A stretch of DNA of 64,000 nt, from the NCBI GenBank assembly GCA_030248215.1, contig JASANG010003765.1:248001-312000 (forward strand), in the 5' to 3' direction. The notes below the pieces were generated by a model, which was not told the DNA's origin, did no database searches, and saw only the letters and a list, made by a program, of their open reading frames with translations. This DNA comes from Enoplolaimus lenunculus (taxonomy: Eukaryota). Below, piece by piece: positions 37,169-52,149 of the stretch. Numbering within the stretch: the stretch's first letter is position 1; each line of letters begins with the position of its first letter. Made by a program: the position numbers and the translations under genes.

Positions 37169-40100
37169 ATAAGAAATGGGATTATGGTAGACTACAGATG
37201 ATTGTCAGAGCGGTATTTTTAGAAGCCGATTTTCGTCTGTCTTTACGTCACTAGAAGCAAACGTATATGAACCGTACAAAGCTTATTAATCATTTATTAA
37301 GAAAACGAACCTTTACTTTGACATTTAATAATTATTAAGCATGGATCATGTTGTCCAGGGTATATTCATATAGGGTCAGCTAAAGTTAAAGTTGAATTCA
37401 CGATTTTCCAATAGACATAAAACAGTTGAGATCAACTGAATTAGCGACAGGGTTACCTTTTGCAGATCGCTGTATATGCATATATAACCGGCACTATGTA
37501 TAGCCGACACCATGATAAATTTTAACATTATCACAAGCGTTATGCATTATCGATAAGTTTTGTGTCATAAGTGTATTAACAGTGGGTGATTGCGTGTGCT
37601 ATCAGCAATAGATTCAAATTACCGAACTGAGGCGTCAAACGGAACCGGACTGACTTGACTATTAAACGAATAAAATCTATTAATAATTAGTGTCCGTTCT
37701 TCTACGAAATGACCACATATATATTGTCGGAAATATATACCTAAGATCAACAGATTTAAAGTACATAATCTTCTTAGCATCACAAACAGCCACAATCGAG
37801 GTAATAAAGAAAAATGTTAAGGAATTACAGACACGATCATTACCTATGTAGTAAAATTGTTTTTTAACTTTTTTCAAAGCAGATATTGAGTCAGCTCATG
37901 ATGCCACGTGGGTAAAACATTTACAGTATAGATCTGTAAGGAGTTCCGGTGACTTAGATGAGGCTAACCTATGTGAGGTCGAAGTTCTCTCAAAAAAGGA
38001 GGGGTGTACAAAATCTTGCAATACTGCAGTTCAAACGGCCACCAGTCAAGTTTAACCCAGCGTTAGTTGGAGTTAGTTGTCGTTCATGCTTAAAACGACG
38101 TCTCGTATAGCGTTTGCCGCACGACGATAAAAACCATTCAACTGTCTCTAAACTATGACGTAAAACTGTTCGATATGAGATATATACGATAAATAATTCA
38201 CTTTTCAAAAATAATTGCCCTTATAGTTAGTATGAAGAAAAAAACTATTTCAGCTGTGTACCTACCGTATTTGAACGCTTAAACTGAACCAGGACTTTTT
38301 GTACGGGCACAAACTGGTTCCATAGAAGTTTTTCTTAAATATATCACATTTAAACAATTTGAATAGTCGGCAAGTTTTAAACTGAATTTCAATTTGCTCT
38401 CGTTATATCACTCTTCGACGGCTAAGAAATAAACAAATTTCTGCGGTTTTGAACTTTTGGTTATGAAATACAAAATGTACTTTTATATAAATAATTTTCA
38501 CAATTCCTTGTATAGAGTTATACGAGAATGTGTGATTAATGCACGGTATGCGTGTTACTATTTCATGTGAGACATTCACAGGAAACGAGTTACACCTCTG
38601 CGTTTTATCGAATATAAATCTAAAAGTGAAAGTTCTATAAGAAAATAGAACAATACTGTATGGTTAATAGCCGGAGGATACACAGTGGCGTACCGAGAAA
38701 TTCAAATTAGACAGGGCCGGCACCAAAAAATGACTGAAATATTGGGTGTTTTGATAACATAGGCACATTGTTAACGATGGTTCAGCAAGGTATAGTGTTC
38801 TTACGTAGCAGTAAAGAATTTAAATTTATTGAAACGCGGATCTTCCGTGTCCCTTATACGGTACTGCTGTGAGGATATATGAACAAAATTTCACCTGCTT
38901 TGTATGCGTTGAATAGTACAGCTGAAATGTATTGGCAGTCTAAAACGTGCACAAATTTGAATTAAATCCACGCATAGAGGCAGTTTTCAATTTATAAACC
39001 AGAAACAATAGCTATTCTCCGATATGCGGATTTATTCAGCATAAATTAGTTTTACTTTGGTTTGTGGTGTATTTTGAACCTTTGTCTGAAATACTCTTGA
39101 GAAATCTCAAAGATATTTTACGTCAATATATATTATGTTTGGCATTCTGAAAATTAGAATTTTTTGGTTGCAAACGTTTCAGCTGTGCTTATAAATCTCA
39201 CAGAGGAACAAGCATTTCAATACCAGTAGGTATGGTTGTGTTAACCTTGAATTGACTAAAAGTAAAATGTGAAAACAACGCGTTTTATAAACTATTTTGA
39301 CTATTTGATCAGCAAATTAGGAGCAAAGATTTAATTATAATCAGCGTACACTTAACATATTTTAAGATACAAAATCAGCAGCGGATGTAAATATAGGCGA
39401 CCAACGGCATGCGCCCCCCCCCCCGCCCCAAACAGCAATAAAAACCAAAATTTTGCATTAAACATTTAGATTTGCAAATGGCGTTGAAAATGTCGGTCGC
39501 TTCGGTGGCAATATTTTTTCCCATTACATATCGTGTGGACCCGTTTCAAAAATGTCCGAACCGGTCATTGTATATAACACGGGTGTTCTTTAACATTTAT
39601 ATGTATACAAACAGGCCGTATGTGTGTGAACTCAAAATATGCGGTCAAATCTAAAATGTCACACTTTTGACACCAAAAAAAACTGCGCGAGGTAAAATAC
39701 CAGAAAAACGTTTAGTTTTGTTGGGTTATTTTCTTGTAAAAAGGGGCGTAGATACGATTTTAGTTCAAGATGACATATAATCTCGCTTATAAAGAAAGTG
39801 TTTAGTCTCTAGAATTTAAGGTTATATTCAAAGGTATGTTTAAACTGGTTAGTATTGTATCTTCTGATATTTCATAAGCGGAAATATCCCTCTATTTGCC
39901 TCGTATATTACGTGCCGGCTTGTAAACGAGCGGTCTGTAGAGCAAAATGTACACGTAGAATGTCGGTGTGTTAATAATTTGTCTTCAGTAGTGGATGCAG
40001 AGAAATTTTGAGACGAGGGGCCACGCGAAGACAATTGCATTTTGGCACTAAATCTTAATACAAACCGTTTCGTTTTGTAACCCTGGTTAACAGAATATCT

Positions 40101-40741
40101 ATCAAGGACTTGATGGGCCCGCTTGTATCCGTCAGTGTTCGTTTTTTTGACAATTCGAAAACCGAAAAGCAATCAATATCAAATGCTAAGAACAAAATCT
40201 TGTTGGTTGTTCACAATAATAGTTTGCAAAATTTAAAAGCGTCAAACTGTAACAGACAACCCAATCGAAGCGTGAACGTGGAATAAAATCTGGCGCGTTT
40301 GCGAAGTGAAAAAATAGTCGAATATTTCATTTTCGGGAAGTTTATGGAGAGGCAAAAAAAGGTAATTTATAGCCTTTAGAATAACTTCTGTTGTATTTTA
40401 GCGTCCAGAAACCTACGTATTGGATGCTCTTGTACAGTCTTTTCTAAATTCACGCTTACGTTTGCTCATGTTTCGGCTAAGTTTTATTAAACGGTTTACC
40501 TGAGTCTAAGTCTAACTTTGAACCGTATCTATGGAGAAAGTGTGCAAGTACCATTAACACTTCTCGAAATGAAGGTCTCAGGATACCCTTGGTCCATAGG
40601 ATACAGACAAAGGTTCATTGCAATCATAAAAAGCCATTTTTTCTGTTCACCCTATCTGGTGTCTGCGACCGAAACAGCAGGCCTTTCTAAATTATAGGCA
40701 CCAACTTCTTAAAATCAATGTCGTATTTATAAACCTTCACA

Positions 40742-40938
40742 CAGGGACGGAGCAACCATCCCCCATACCCCTCGTTTGGGGGCCCCACCCCTAAAGGGGC
40801 CCCCACCCTAACCGGTTGAAACAAAAACCGCTTAAGTTTTAAAATGCGTCTGGCTTCTCGCTCGCTTCGCTTGCGAGTTTTGGGGGCCCCCACAATGGAA
40901 TTTGTGGAGAGCCCCCACCCCTGCCTGCTCCGGCACTG
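40742..40938 (-). mobile_element. hAT-like MITE (same family as 26748-26939)
   Basis: Reverse orientation, with 8-bp flanks CCTTCACA/CTTTCACA. Confidence 0.8.
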
Positions 40939-43876
40939 CTTTCACACATAAACACGAGAATACTTTAATGCTTATGAACCGTGTACGCTTGTGTGTGTGT
41001 GGACAACTGTGACTACACAACTTAAATTAAACACTATACACAACTTCCAAACTGAGAAACTACATTCAAGAACACTTTTGAAAGAGATTTGTGGTTATTT
41101 CTTTATTTTTTTCTAGCCTGCGACGGGTCCAGAAATTTCTGATGAGAAAACCGTGCAAGATATATATTTATAGAGAAAAACTAGCGAGCGAAAAACCAAA
41201 CATGGTTGTTGTACTAAACCTTAATACAAAAATTTGGTTTTGATCGCGGGTTGGCTGCCATGGCCTGGATGTCCCTACTTTTGGATCCACGACTGTTTCT
41301 AGCTAAGGCCAGAAGTTTTGAATAACCAACGCGTGATAGTTCATACTGAAGACTTAATATCTTGGCAACAATGTGTTTTGTTGTTATAAGCTATTGGTGT
41401 TTCAATTATTGTATAATACCACCGTATAGCGAGTGACATTATTTGCCACTTCACTTGAATGCATTCAGCATTCATTAACCCTCTTTGTATGAACTACGAA
41501 AAATCGCTTTTCAAGTTTTGAAAAAAAACTGTTTTTCGCGATTAAATTCTATTGCGAAAAACAGCCACCCTGGTTAGGCGGATTTGCGAACAAAAACCGC
41601 TGAAGAAACATGATTAACTGCTATATGGCAAAGGGACGACTAGAAATTTCTGCCGTTGACGCGTGCAGTACAATAATAGTGAAAACGCGTCGAAAGCGAC
41701 GCAAGTTACAATCGAAGCACAATTTGAGTAATTTTTATACTAAGTTTTGCTTCCCTGACAATCCGGTGGGCTATCTGATCCTTGGTAAAAGGTACGGTTT
41801 GGATGGCTCCGTTTGGATGCGCCAGTGGAAGCGCTGAAAAAATACCGCTTTTGAACGGTGAAGTGGTTAAATATCAATAAAAGGTTTAGGCTTAAACAAT
41901 GCAAAGTTTTCCAACTCGGAATTGTCAATGGAAACTACAGTACAATTAAGTTTCAAAATTCACTATACAGCTGCTACAAAACGATAACAATGGTTTAACA
42001 ATTGTTTTCAAGCGAAACAAATCTAAGCAACAGCTTTGGTACAGGACACTCTGCGTTTCTACAGCTAGTATCTGCAGGCTCATACACAAACAAGATTAAT
42101 AAAAGGTATATATATACATCCACTGTTGATATTTCTGGAGAAACGCGAAAACGGCTGTTCAAAGCTTTACAATGAACTAAAAGTCAAATTATTTTTGTCG
42201 CTCGCTATGCTTGCTCGGCAAAAAAATTTACATGAAGCTAAATGAAATGCCAGTTAACGCCTACGCCCTTGTTCCAGCACCATGCGCCCGATATTAATAG
42301 TGCCACACACAAACGATATCACAAATACACAATTTTTGCCTGTGTTTGTGCTCAAACATTCAATATCATACATAACAATGGTGTCTAAACCCAAAACACA
42401 GAAAATACTAGCCTATTCATCTGTAACCATTAAACACGTTCTAAATAGCAGCACCAAGCAACAACCATGGACTTTTCAAGAATGGCTGCTGCCACAATTG
42501 ATCCTTTTTGTTGCTATTAATGGCAGTCCAAAAGCAATATTGTATACAAATGTAGCGGCACAAAAAAATATTCGAAACGACCTATAAAACTAAAAAATAT
42601 ATATAACCAAAGCGTGAATGTGGTATCATAACGTTATAGGGCAAACAGACCGAAATACGGAGTTTCATTTTTAGCGGGTATATTCACTACGATACTGGGT
42701 GAGTCGAAAAAAATCGGCAAGTGGGATAGCGAATCCGAATTGGTTTCTGTTGCGCAAGAAAACTGGCTTTCTGAGCAATCGTTAACGATTTGCCAATTTT
42801 ATTTTAAGATCAAATATTTTAGTCGTTTTTTGTTTCGGTGTCGACCCTGTGCAATTGAAATTTTGTCTGTGGGCCACACAGGTTACAAAAACAGTATTGA
42901 CGTCACATGATTCGAAACTGGCGAACATGAGTGCACGCTTGCGTTGCGCGTCTATACAGTTGCAAACAATACCATTATGTATATTGCCCTCAGTTTTCTG
43001 AACCAATTTAATTTATAGCACGAATTAAATTATTGTACTTGGTATACATGGATCTATGTATAAATTATATAAACTATTGAGTTGCGAAATAATATTTGGT
43101 ATGTTTTGAAAGTAAACTGTGGAGCGGATGTTTTGTTTCAGTGACCATACAATAATATATACAGATATTTACATACATATATACGCCAGTGTTACATAAA
43201 GGGGCGTAACAGTAGTTTAAACGTATTCCTAACTCTAAGCCTAAGCCTAAACGGTGCAAGAAATGGGTTCCTAAGCCTGACCTACTCTTTTATGGACTCA
43301 AACGTGGACGCCCCTTAAAGTAACATGGGCCCATGTATATGGATTATGACAATGTTAATTATGGGGACCCGCTCTCTGGAAAACAAAAGTGCTGTGGGAC
43401 TTAGTATCCGGCAAGTTTCACCTTTAAACTTTAGGCTTGGTATTAGGTTTTTGTTTAGGCTTAGGCTTAAATGCAGGGCCGTATAGTTAACATGGGTCAA
43501 TAAAATAATCACTTGATTGGCGTATATATTTTGGAGTAGCTTTAATACGTAAAAGGTGGTGAAAGGTGCTTGAAAAAGTGCTCTATCGCGGTTGGTTAAG
43601 GCGGCATATGAAAGATTGTTTTATATATGTCATAGCCCAAACCGTAATTCAGCCCAATTCCGAACTTGAATAGTCCAGGGCGGAATACAACTTGGCCTAG
43701 CATAAAAGTGCGCTTACAGAACATCAAACGTAAATGCCGCTTACGGAAGAGGCCACTAAGGCAAATGGCCGGTTTATTTGAAGCTCCAAGGTAATTCAGG
43801 CAGTAAACTAAATCTTTATGGTTCCAGCTGTTAACATTAATTTAAATTTGCAACGTTTCCTATTTAATGCCGATTA

Positions 43877-44056
43877 GGACCAATGCATACAACAGGATCG
43901 TAACAGTAGTATAAACATATTCCTAAGCCTAAGCCTAATCGTAAGAATGAGCTTTATGCCTCAGTCTAAGCCCAACAAAAAATTAGTCCACAGCTTAAGC
44001 TTGCTCTATTGCAATCCAGCAGAACAACGTTCTGCCTCTGATTTTTACATACGTCC
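43877..44056 (+). mobile_element. TTAGGC-type MITE copy
   Basis: Family internal motifs and degenerate TIRs. Confidence 0.65.
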
Positions 44057-45930
44057 CAATCTGCAATCTCAACTGCACCTTTCATACCCTATGTAGAATG
44101 CAGAAGATCTTCGATGCTTCAAATTGAAGTTTTGATATGGCTGAAAAATCTCGGAAAATATTACCAAATAAAAAATTTACAGTCAATAAAAACGACCGAT
44201 AAAATGTGAAAACAATGGTACGCGGGCAGCAGAAAAACAATTAAAATGCTAATTTGAACCAGAAACAAATTCCAAAATCGATTTTAAATTTTTAAACCGT
44301 TTGTTTTTATCAAAAGCAATCTAAATATCGTAGTAGTGTGGGCCAGGCTTATAGTTGACCTTCCCAATTGTATGGACTGTCAAATTTAACTCGTGTACAT
44401 GCAACAAATCACAAAAACACCGTTTAAACGAAATATTTGCTTGACTTTTATACTTGTCATACGGCGCCGTCCGTCATCAAAAGTATAACGCTATCCTAAA
44501 AGTTTGTACTGTAATGTCTCGAATAAGAGGGGGTAATAAGAGCTAAGCCTAAGCGTAAGTTTAAGTTATTTGGAAAATACAACTATAGAAAGATACAAGT
44601 TTTAAACTGATTCCCATTCTCCTGCGAACACACAACATTAACATAAGCACTAGGTTTGGATCCGCAAATAAAACACCCATAAGGAAACCGCAGAAAGTTG
44701 AAATAGTTATTCATTTGCCTAAACGTCACAGCACCGTTGACAATGACATTGCATGCTTTACCGCTTACGTTTTCCGACATAACGGGACTAAAACAAGTGT
44801 TTAGACACTTTAAGAAACGAAAAAACATAAATTGAGAGAAGTTTTTTCTACAAATTCTAGTGCTGGGAATTTCTGATATGCTTCCTAAATAAGTCTAGAG
44901 CCATTGGTTTATACAATTTGCTATTCCTACAAAACAGTTTGAAAACGTTAAAAAGATTTCAAAAACGCAGCATGTGCGCTTGTTCGTTTTAGAAACTGGC
45001 TAATCTAATTTAAGCTGACGTCTATAAGTAATACGTATGTGTGATGAGTGGACTAGACCATAACAAAAACGAAAGGCCTAAAACAAAACATAGTACAAAA
45101 TTAATTCACGCTTCTGACGCCATTGCATCCGTTACAGATGTGCCTTCGCGGGCAGTTGAACTTAATACGCAATGAATTAAGGTGGCCTGCGATTTTATAA
45201 TAGGTTCTGCATTTTTATTTTAATTAAGTATTGATAACAACAGAACTTCTCCAAAGTAGCTGCCCCGTAGCCAAGAAATTCCTGTAGAAAAGGCAAGAAG
45301 ATTTCCGCAAGAAGCAAGTAAAATTTTCGTAAGATTGCTTTAAGACATTGACAAAATATTTGGTCAGAAGTTGCGAAACTGTTCGTAGGGACGGTGCGCT
45401 CACCTATCACCCACTGTTGCGGGCCTTGGAACAAGCCAACAGAAAAAATGATACAATAAATTAGGAATATGTTTTGGTTGTTAAATCGCTAAGAGAAATA
45501 TTGGTCTAAATCTATAAGATTAGCACCGGCAAAAATCAATTGAAAAAACGGGTATTAGGTTTAAAGATTTTTCTGTTTTTTCCGAAGGGGTTAAAAACCG
45601 GAAAAATGAAAAAAACGTTTAAAAATGCATTAATTTCATACAATAAGTTGCGAAAACTGTAAGAAGTTGGTTTTTCTCACGCTTCCTGTCCGGAGTAAGT
45701 TTTTTCAAGTGTCAATAGCGTTGAATTACTAGATTTCTCATTTCAATGCCTGTTTGATTTGATATACCAGTCGTGTTTTTCTGCATCTGTTCACTGTAAC
45801 CGTGCGTGCTGGAGCTGAGCTGGAAACAAAGATAATTTATGTTGCGTCAACTGAAGCCTAATTTTACTCATAATAACTTTGCTGATGAATCCTACTTCTT
45901 TGAACTTTACTCGATGCTGTAGAAATTTTA

Positions 45931-46116
45931 CGGTCAATGTTACTTTTTGGGCCGTAACAGTAGATTAACCGTATTCCTAAGCCAAAGCCTAAGCCTAAGG
46001 TTTGCAAAAGCGTATACCTAAGCCTAAGCCTAAGGAAAAAATGTAGTCTTGAATGTAAGCCTACTCTTTTACAGACCCCGCATAAGCCGACACGGACCTA
46101 AAAGTAACATGGGCCG
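45931..46116 (+). mobile_element. TTAGGC-type MITE variant nested in another dispersed repeat
   Basis: TIRs CGGTCAATGTTACTTTT / AAAAGTAACATGGGCCG. The host repeat ~45760-46540 resembles ~15990-16460, which lacks this insert. Confidence 0.7.
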
Positions 46117-47376
46117 AAATATACCTCAATTTTGTTTTTGCTTCATCAAACATTCCCAGCATGTGTAAACGGTTTAAAATTTAGAGTTAACTTTGATTAA
46201 ATTTATGTAACAACGGCACTGCAAATCCTGCTAGCAGATTATTGCCGAATTCAAACATACAATTTTGTGACAAGGCAGTTAACAGATACAGTTTTTTAAC
46301 ATTTGATACTTTTGTAGTATGTGTTCCCTATGTATGTCATGTGTTGTTAATTCTTTATATGTAGTGAAATAATCATATGCGATTCTGTAAGCATCATTTT
46401 GGCACCAGATTTGACTAACATCCATTAACGTCTTTGCAATTCTTGAAAAACGAGTGAGATGTTTTTCTATTTGTTCATTTTTGGAGAAACAGAAAAACCG
46501 TTTTTTCGGCCGATTCAATTTTTTCCGAAATCACCAACTATCGGCATACGTAAGACTTTTGATAAAATTAAGATTTTTTCAAAGCCTAAGCCTACGCCAA
46601 AGCGAAAATGTTTGGCAAAGTAGACAAGAGCCCATTGCTTCAAACAGTGCAAAACTTGCTATTTTGGTTACAGCATCGCGCGCCGTAGACGCCATATGAC
46701 GCAAAGTATGACAGCATGCGGCACTGTGCGTCATACAAAAATGACGTAAAAAAATGACGCGCGTCCTAGGACTTCGATAGGCGGCTCGTAGATATAGCGT
46801 GCGCAACATTTAAACTCTGTGTTCGAAATAAATATGTACACCGAACAGCCGCAAAAGGTATATTGAAATTGCAAGCATTTAAAATTGTTTCGGAACTGTA
46901 ATTTTCACCATTTGCTTATAATAAGTTATATCTGACAGTTAAACGACAATTCATTATTGGTATATCTGGTCTGTACCAGGCGCGTTGCCTGTTATTAAAA
47001 TTTGAATGTGTCACACTTTATTTACAGTCACCATATTTTTTGTGGTTCGCTGTTAAAAACACTTAACATAGAAAGAACTTGGCCGGATGCTGAAAAAATT
47101 TAAGTGTGGTTCAAAATTTGAGGTTCTCAAAACTAAAACGATATTTTGACGCATACATTTGAGACGGCGTTGTCCAGCCTCGAGGTATTTTTTAATTTTA
47201 AATTTCGCGAAATTTTATGCTTAACGAAGGAAGTTATCAAAGGACACCCAATGAACGCCCCATGGGGGGTGATGAAGTTAATTTTTATTGTAATAATTAT
47301 GAAAACTTTTTCTCAAGTCGCAAATTGTACGTTTTAACGCAAAAATCTTTAAATGAGATTAGTTTAAGCAACAGTG

Positions 47377-47708
47377 CATGATACCTTTTAGCAAGAGTAT
47401 GCAACTGGGTACATTCTATGTAGAAAAAATGTACCCAGATCGCGTTGCATTTTTGGCTTACCCCCCGTATTTGGGGGGGGGGGTCAAAATCTCCATCGAT
47501 GTTGAAATTCATGTGCTATTGAATATACTAAAATCTGGTCCGATTATATTTTCGGTGTTGGCTTGCGGATACACGTGTAAAATGAACGTAAAATTGACCC
47601 CCTCCCCCAAAATGAGGGGGGTTGGCCAAAAACGCAACGAGTGCCGGTGCACTTTTTAATACACAGAATGTACCCAGTTGCACACTCTTGTTATAAAGAG
47701 TGATCATC
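47377..47708. repeat. Fold-back repeat with ~115-bp imperfect arms
   Basis: CAAGAGTATGCAACTGGGTACATTCT...GGGGGTCAA is mirrored by TTGACCCCC...AGAATGTACCCAGTTGCACACTCTTG. Confidence 0.7.
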
Positions 47709-48861
47709 TACTCTTGGTTTAAGCAACGACCGAAGTAGAAAAGTTAAGCAAACTGGCTTCTTGATATTTATCTAAAGCGTGCTGTAAGCGCATTCGTCAA
47801 ATATTTCCGTTGAACTCACGTATCGCTTTACCAACATCATCCAGACGGCTATCGGTTCCTACGGCATAGGCGACTGGCTACCGATCAATGACTCGCATAC
47901 AAGCTATAAACTTACACTTGATTCACATGCCCGTCACACAGGGACGCTATGCAGGACGCCAAGGCACTCATACCTTTCACGGAGGCTGCGATCTTATTTA
48001 AACATGCGTTGAATTAATACGAGTAAAGCTTTCGACTCAGGACAAGACCCTCATGAAATGGTTAACACTGGTACACATCACATTTTAAAAATGAGACTTT
48101 GAAGCTGATGAAAACAACACAAGTTGTTATGAAACTCAATGTATATATACTTTTCCGTTTAATTTAGCTGGTCCAAACAATCCAGGAACTTACAATTTTC
48201 GCTCAACAAAACCTATCTATGGCGTAGTTTCTGGAAAAACCCGTCTAACTGAATCTTTCTTGAAACAAAACTTTTTCTAGGTACATTTAATTGTATTTTT
48301 CGAACATACAAAACCATATTGCAAATTTCTCATATTACTTGCAGCTAATAAGGAGACATTACCTACTGAATAAGCAAACCATCTCGTATTAAATTTATAC
48401 TGAATAGTTTCTGGCAAGACCGTAGCCACGTCATCTTAGGACGATTGCATTTTATATAAGAATTTTATGAATATGTAGCGGACAATAATCTTTTTGACCT
48501 GTAATCTACAGTGATATTCTACAGTCCGTAAACGTAATTTTTTTATCTTAGATCCTTCTCACTACAACTTTCATGAATTGATACTGTAGTGACCGGAATA
48601 TAAAAGGGGGAAACCGATATTTCCTACGCCGCTTCAAAGGATTCCAATATATAGTTATTCCTGAACTGTCTACTATTTAGTTCTCAATGTATCCTCTTTC
48701 ATGTTGTATACACGATACATTTTTTACTGTTATGCCATTTCCATAGTTTATAATTTAACTACTTTTTAGGAGTACGTTGAATACAATATCCTGCTATTAA
48801 TATTGATAAGATATACTCTGAGTAAGTAAACAATTTTGCCCTGAACTTTATATTTAAGATA

Positions 48862-49256
48862 CTGTATTGACCCGAATAAGAGGCGGGTAATAAGAGGGGG
48901 GTCCCCATTTTGAGTCCGAATCAATAGGAGTCGGTATCCCTAACAACAGTCCGTAAAGCAGATAGAGTCCCTAAACCCTAATTAGAGTCCCTAAATGTCA
49001 ATTAACCCTAAATAATTTGAGTTCGAAACTTAAAGCGTACTTAAATTTTGAAAGTGCATTTCTAAGTATATCCTTGTATTAACACAATAAACGTTTAATT
49101 CAACGGATAATTGCAGTACCGGATGTATATCAGTAACGAAGGGCGGCGGAGCGTGGCTTAAAAATAAATAACATTCCGTAACCGAATAACAAGCGGGGTA
49201 CCCTCTGGAGAAGCCAAATAAATATCAGTCCCACCCTTTTATTCGGGTCACTACAG
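48862..49256 (-). mobile_element. TA-flanked Tc2-like MITE (same family as 23161-23586)
   Basis: TA|CTGTATTGACCCGAATAAG...TTATTCGGGTCACTACAG|TA, with the internal sequence in reverse orientation. Confidence 0.85.
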
Positions 49257-52149
49257 TAATTAGCATTGACTCTTACAGGGAAGAATCCAATCACTCAAAT
49301 ACGGGTTCTAATTGGGGATATAGACTCTTATTGATTCAGACTCATAATATTGACCCCAAACTCATATTACTTCTCCACCCAGTCATTTGGGTCATCAAAG
49401 CACACATATCCCTCAATACGTCCTTCTATTCAGTCCTGATAGTTGAAAACTAGGTATATGATGTTGTAACCAATTCATCGTTTAGAGTTTGTGTAAGGAT
49501 TTGTAATTTTTCCACATCATTTGAATATTTGCCTAGTTGAACTTAAAATACAATAGTCAAGTTTTGCTGAATAAATCCTTTTGTGTGATAGCACCGTGTT
49601 TTGTCATAGTTTGTTTATCCATAAAATATATGTTTTGCAGCCGTTGTTCTTAAACTTTTTCTTAATTGTCTCCGAAATTTAATGAGCAAGTTATATATGC
49701 TCTTCACATGGGCTTTTCAGTTTTTCTCATTGCGGTTTTTTTGTTTCTTAATTGTGTTGTCTCTGATTGCTCTATGACAGATTAGGTTCAAAAAGGCGCA
49801 TGTGCAGGCCAGTGGCGAATCCAGAGTGATTGGGTTGTGGGACCAAGTATAGAACAGGGCTGGAACAGTATTATAAGCATATTCGCCCTGCAGGAAAACG
49901 TTCCGACCCTGTTCTATTAATTTTTCGGGGAGGGTATATCTACGCCTGCTTGCAATACTAAAAGTTTTGCGATGCAAATGATTCATCTGGAAGCTCACAA
50001 TGTGTTTTCTAGCGCAGGTGAAAATTGGACGAGGTTGCATACAAATTTAAACGTTTCGCACATTGAAACACAATTTAATCAATCTTAAAATATAGAAAAA
50101 TTTGCTCGAAACATGTTTCAAAAGTGAAAATTTTTCGAAACCAAAATCTATTCTCTCCCACCGAAACATTCCTTTCATAAGGTATGGGCACGAGGGAAGA
50201 TGCAACTTCAAAACCTGGGTTTCCGATGCAATTTCAAACAGACTGGTCTATAGAGTTAAAAATCATTTTAGAAATGGGAAAACTACAGCTGTTGCAATTT
50301 ATTTAATGTTACCCATCGATCCTGCATCTACAATTGAAATACGTTGGGCGGTGTGGCCAACGTTTAGAACAAGGTGATGGCAATAGTATAAGCGTATTCC
50401 TAAGAATATGCCTATGTCTCATCGTACGAGCTTACACAAAAGTATAAACCTAAGCGTAAGCCTAAGTAAAATTAGTCTGATACTTTAGCTTACCCAATGC
50501 AGTACTGCAAAAAAACGTTCCATTGCGCATCTTTACATTGGTCGGCTGTTTATGTTTATGATACGAAAGAATTTCTTATCAAACCGTTTCAAAATTTCAA
50601 CGCACATTAACAGAACAGAGTGTGCAAGATGAAATTTACCGGTCGTGATCTGCTTTGGCCATACAAATTCTATTTCCATTTGAATTGAGAATATCACAAA
50701 TGTTTACTAATTTGTACTTTAGCTCTATTTATCTTTTAAAAACTGGAAATATTTATGCGTTGCAAATTGAATAAAGGCACTGAGATGTACGCTGAGGTTG
50801 CTACTAAATTGGCTGCTGGAAAACACGAGCAATTAGGTTCGTTAGTTGATTTTGAGTGATTTTGGCAAAAAAGCTATACAACAAATGCATACATTATTCA
50901 GCATAAATTCTGACCTAATACATATGAATTTTTTACATAACGCCAAGTTTTTCTGCCATTGAAGTGTTTCGTGAAAAATTGGGGAAATAGCTGCGATGCG
51001 TCTGTGTGATATATCGATCCTTAAACCAATCTGTAATAGAAATTTTAATTATTTTAACGCTAAAATTGTTAAACACGGCCTTGTTTACGCCTTGGTTGAA
51101 CGTCAAATTTAACCGAAAATACGCGATACCTTAACGCGTGCGACAGAGCACTTTGTGACACGACCTAGGGTCGTGTCGTCGCAGCAAACGTGTTACAGTT
51201 GGTTTGATGTGGGCTAAATTTCATATTTTCTGCTTGTTAAACCGAACTTTTTATAAAGCTGCCACTTGTTAATCCTATCAAGTAATACTTTTGTGGCCAC
51301 GTGAGATCCAACGCCATATACACATTAATCCAAACAATGTGCGTCAACTAAGAACCACGTCTGCCCTCGTTGAAGACATGCAAGCATGCAACCTAAAATT
51401 TTGTCTTTATTACTAAGATTGCGTCATGATGCTAGCTAGCTTCACTCACCAGGTCTTCCATTGTGAGGCTTCCATTGAGATTCTAACGAATTCTAAAATA
51501 TATTTTTTCAGATAAACTCCAATCAAAGAATCCATGTTGTAAGTAATCTCTACAAAGTATAAACCTGGTTTCTAGCTCGCTTCCCTCACGAAGTTTTTAC
51601 TTCAACATGGTAGTACTCATGTGGCTTGGGTTAAACCCGTTGCTTTTCACTATATAATGTATGCCTACATTTCAAATTATTTTTAATCGGTTGGAAAAAA
51701 TCAAATGACTTCAAAGCAAGGTTACCGGAGCAAAAAGTCCGCCCTAATTTCGGATATTTCACCGCGAATTCATGAATTCGACCGCAAGCGAAGAAGAAAT
51801 TGTTATTTTTTATGCGATTTTTCCTGTTTCTGAGAAACCGCATTTATAGTGCAAATTTTTGACAAGACTTTATAATATGTTTCTGTTCAAGTGACGACTT
51901 TAACACAAGGTTAACGTAGTCTGAAATTGCTTTAATTCTGTCTCCAGCTTTAAAATATTTTGCCAAACCATGGTGCGGTATGTTTCATTTTTTGTTGCAA
52001 ACTACTTGTTTGACGTAACTCGCGGTGACCATAAATTTGGCTTTTAGCCAAATGACTTGTTTTTATTCAGATTTTATAGATAGTAAACTGAAAATTTTTC
52101 GCTTAACCCTTTCTCACATGAATATTTTCTTATTTCCCCTGAGACCTAC

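Noticed and set aside
31000..51500. Short ORFs across the long central-right region
   Set aside because: No recognisable protein family or consistent exon chain was found by eye. Small exons of an unrecognised gene cannot be excluded.
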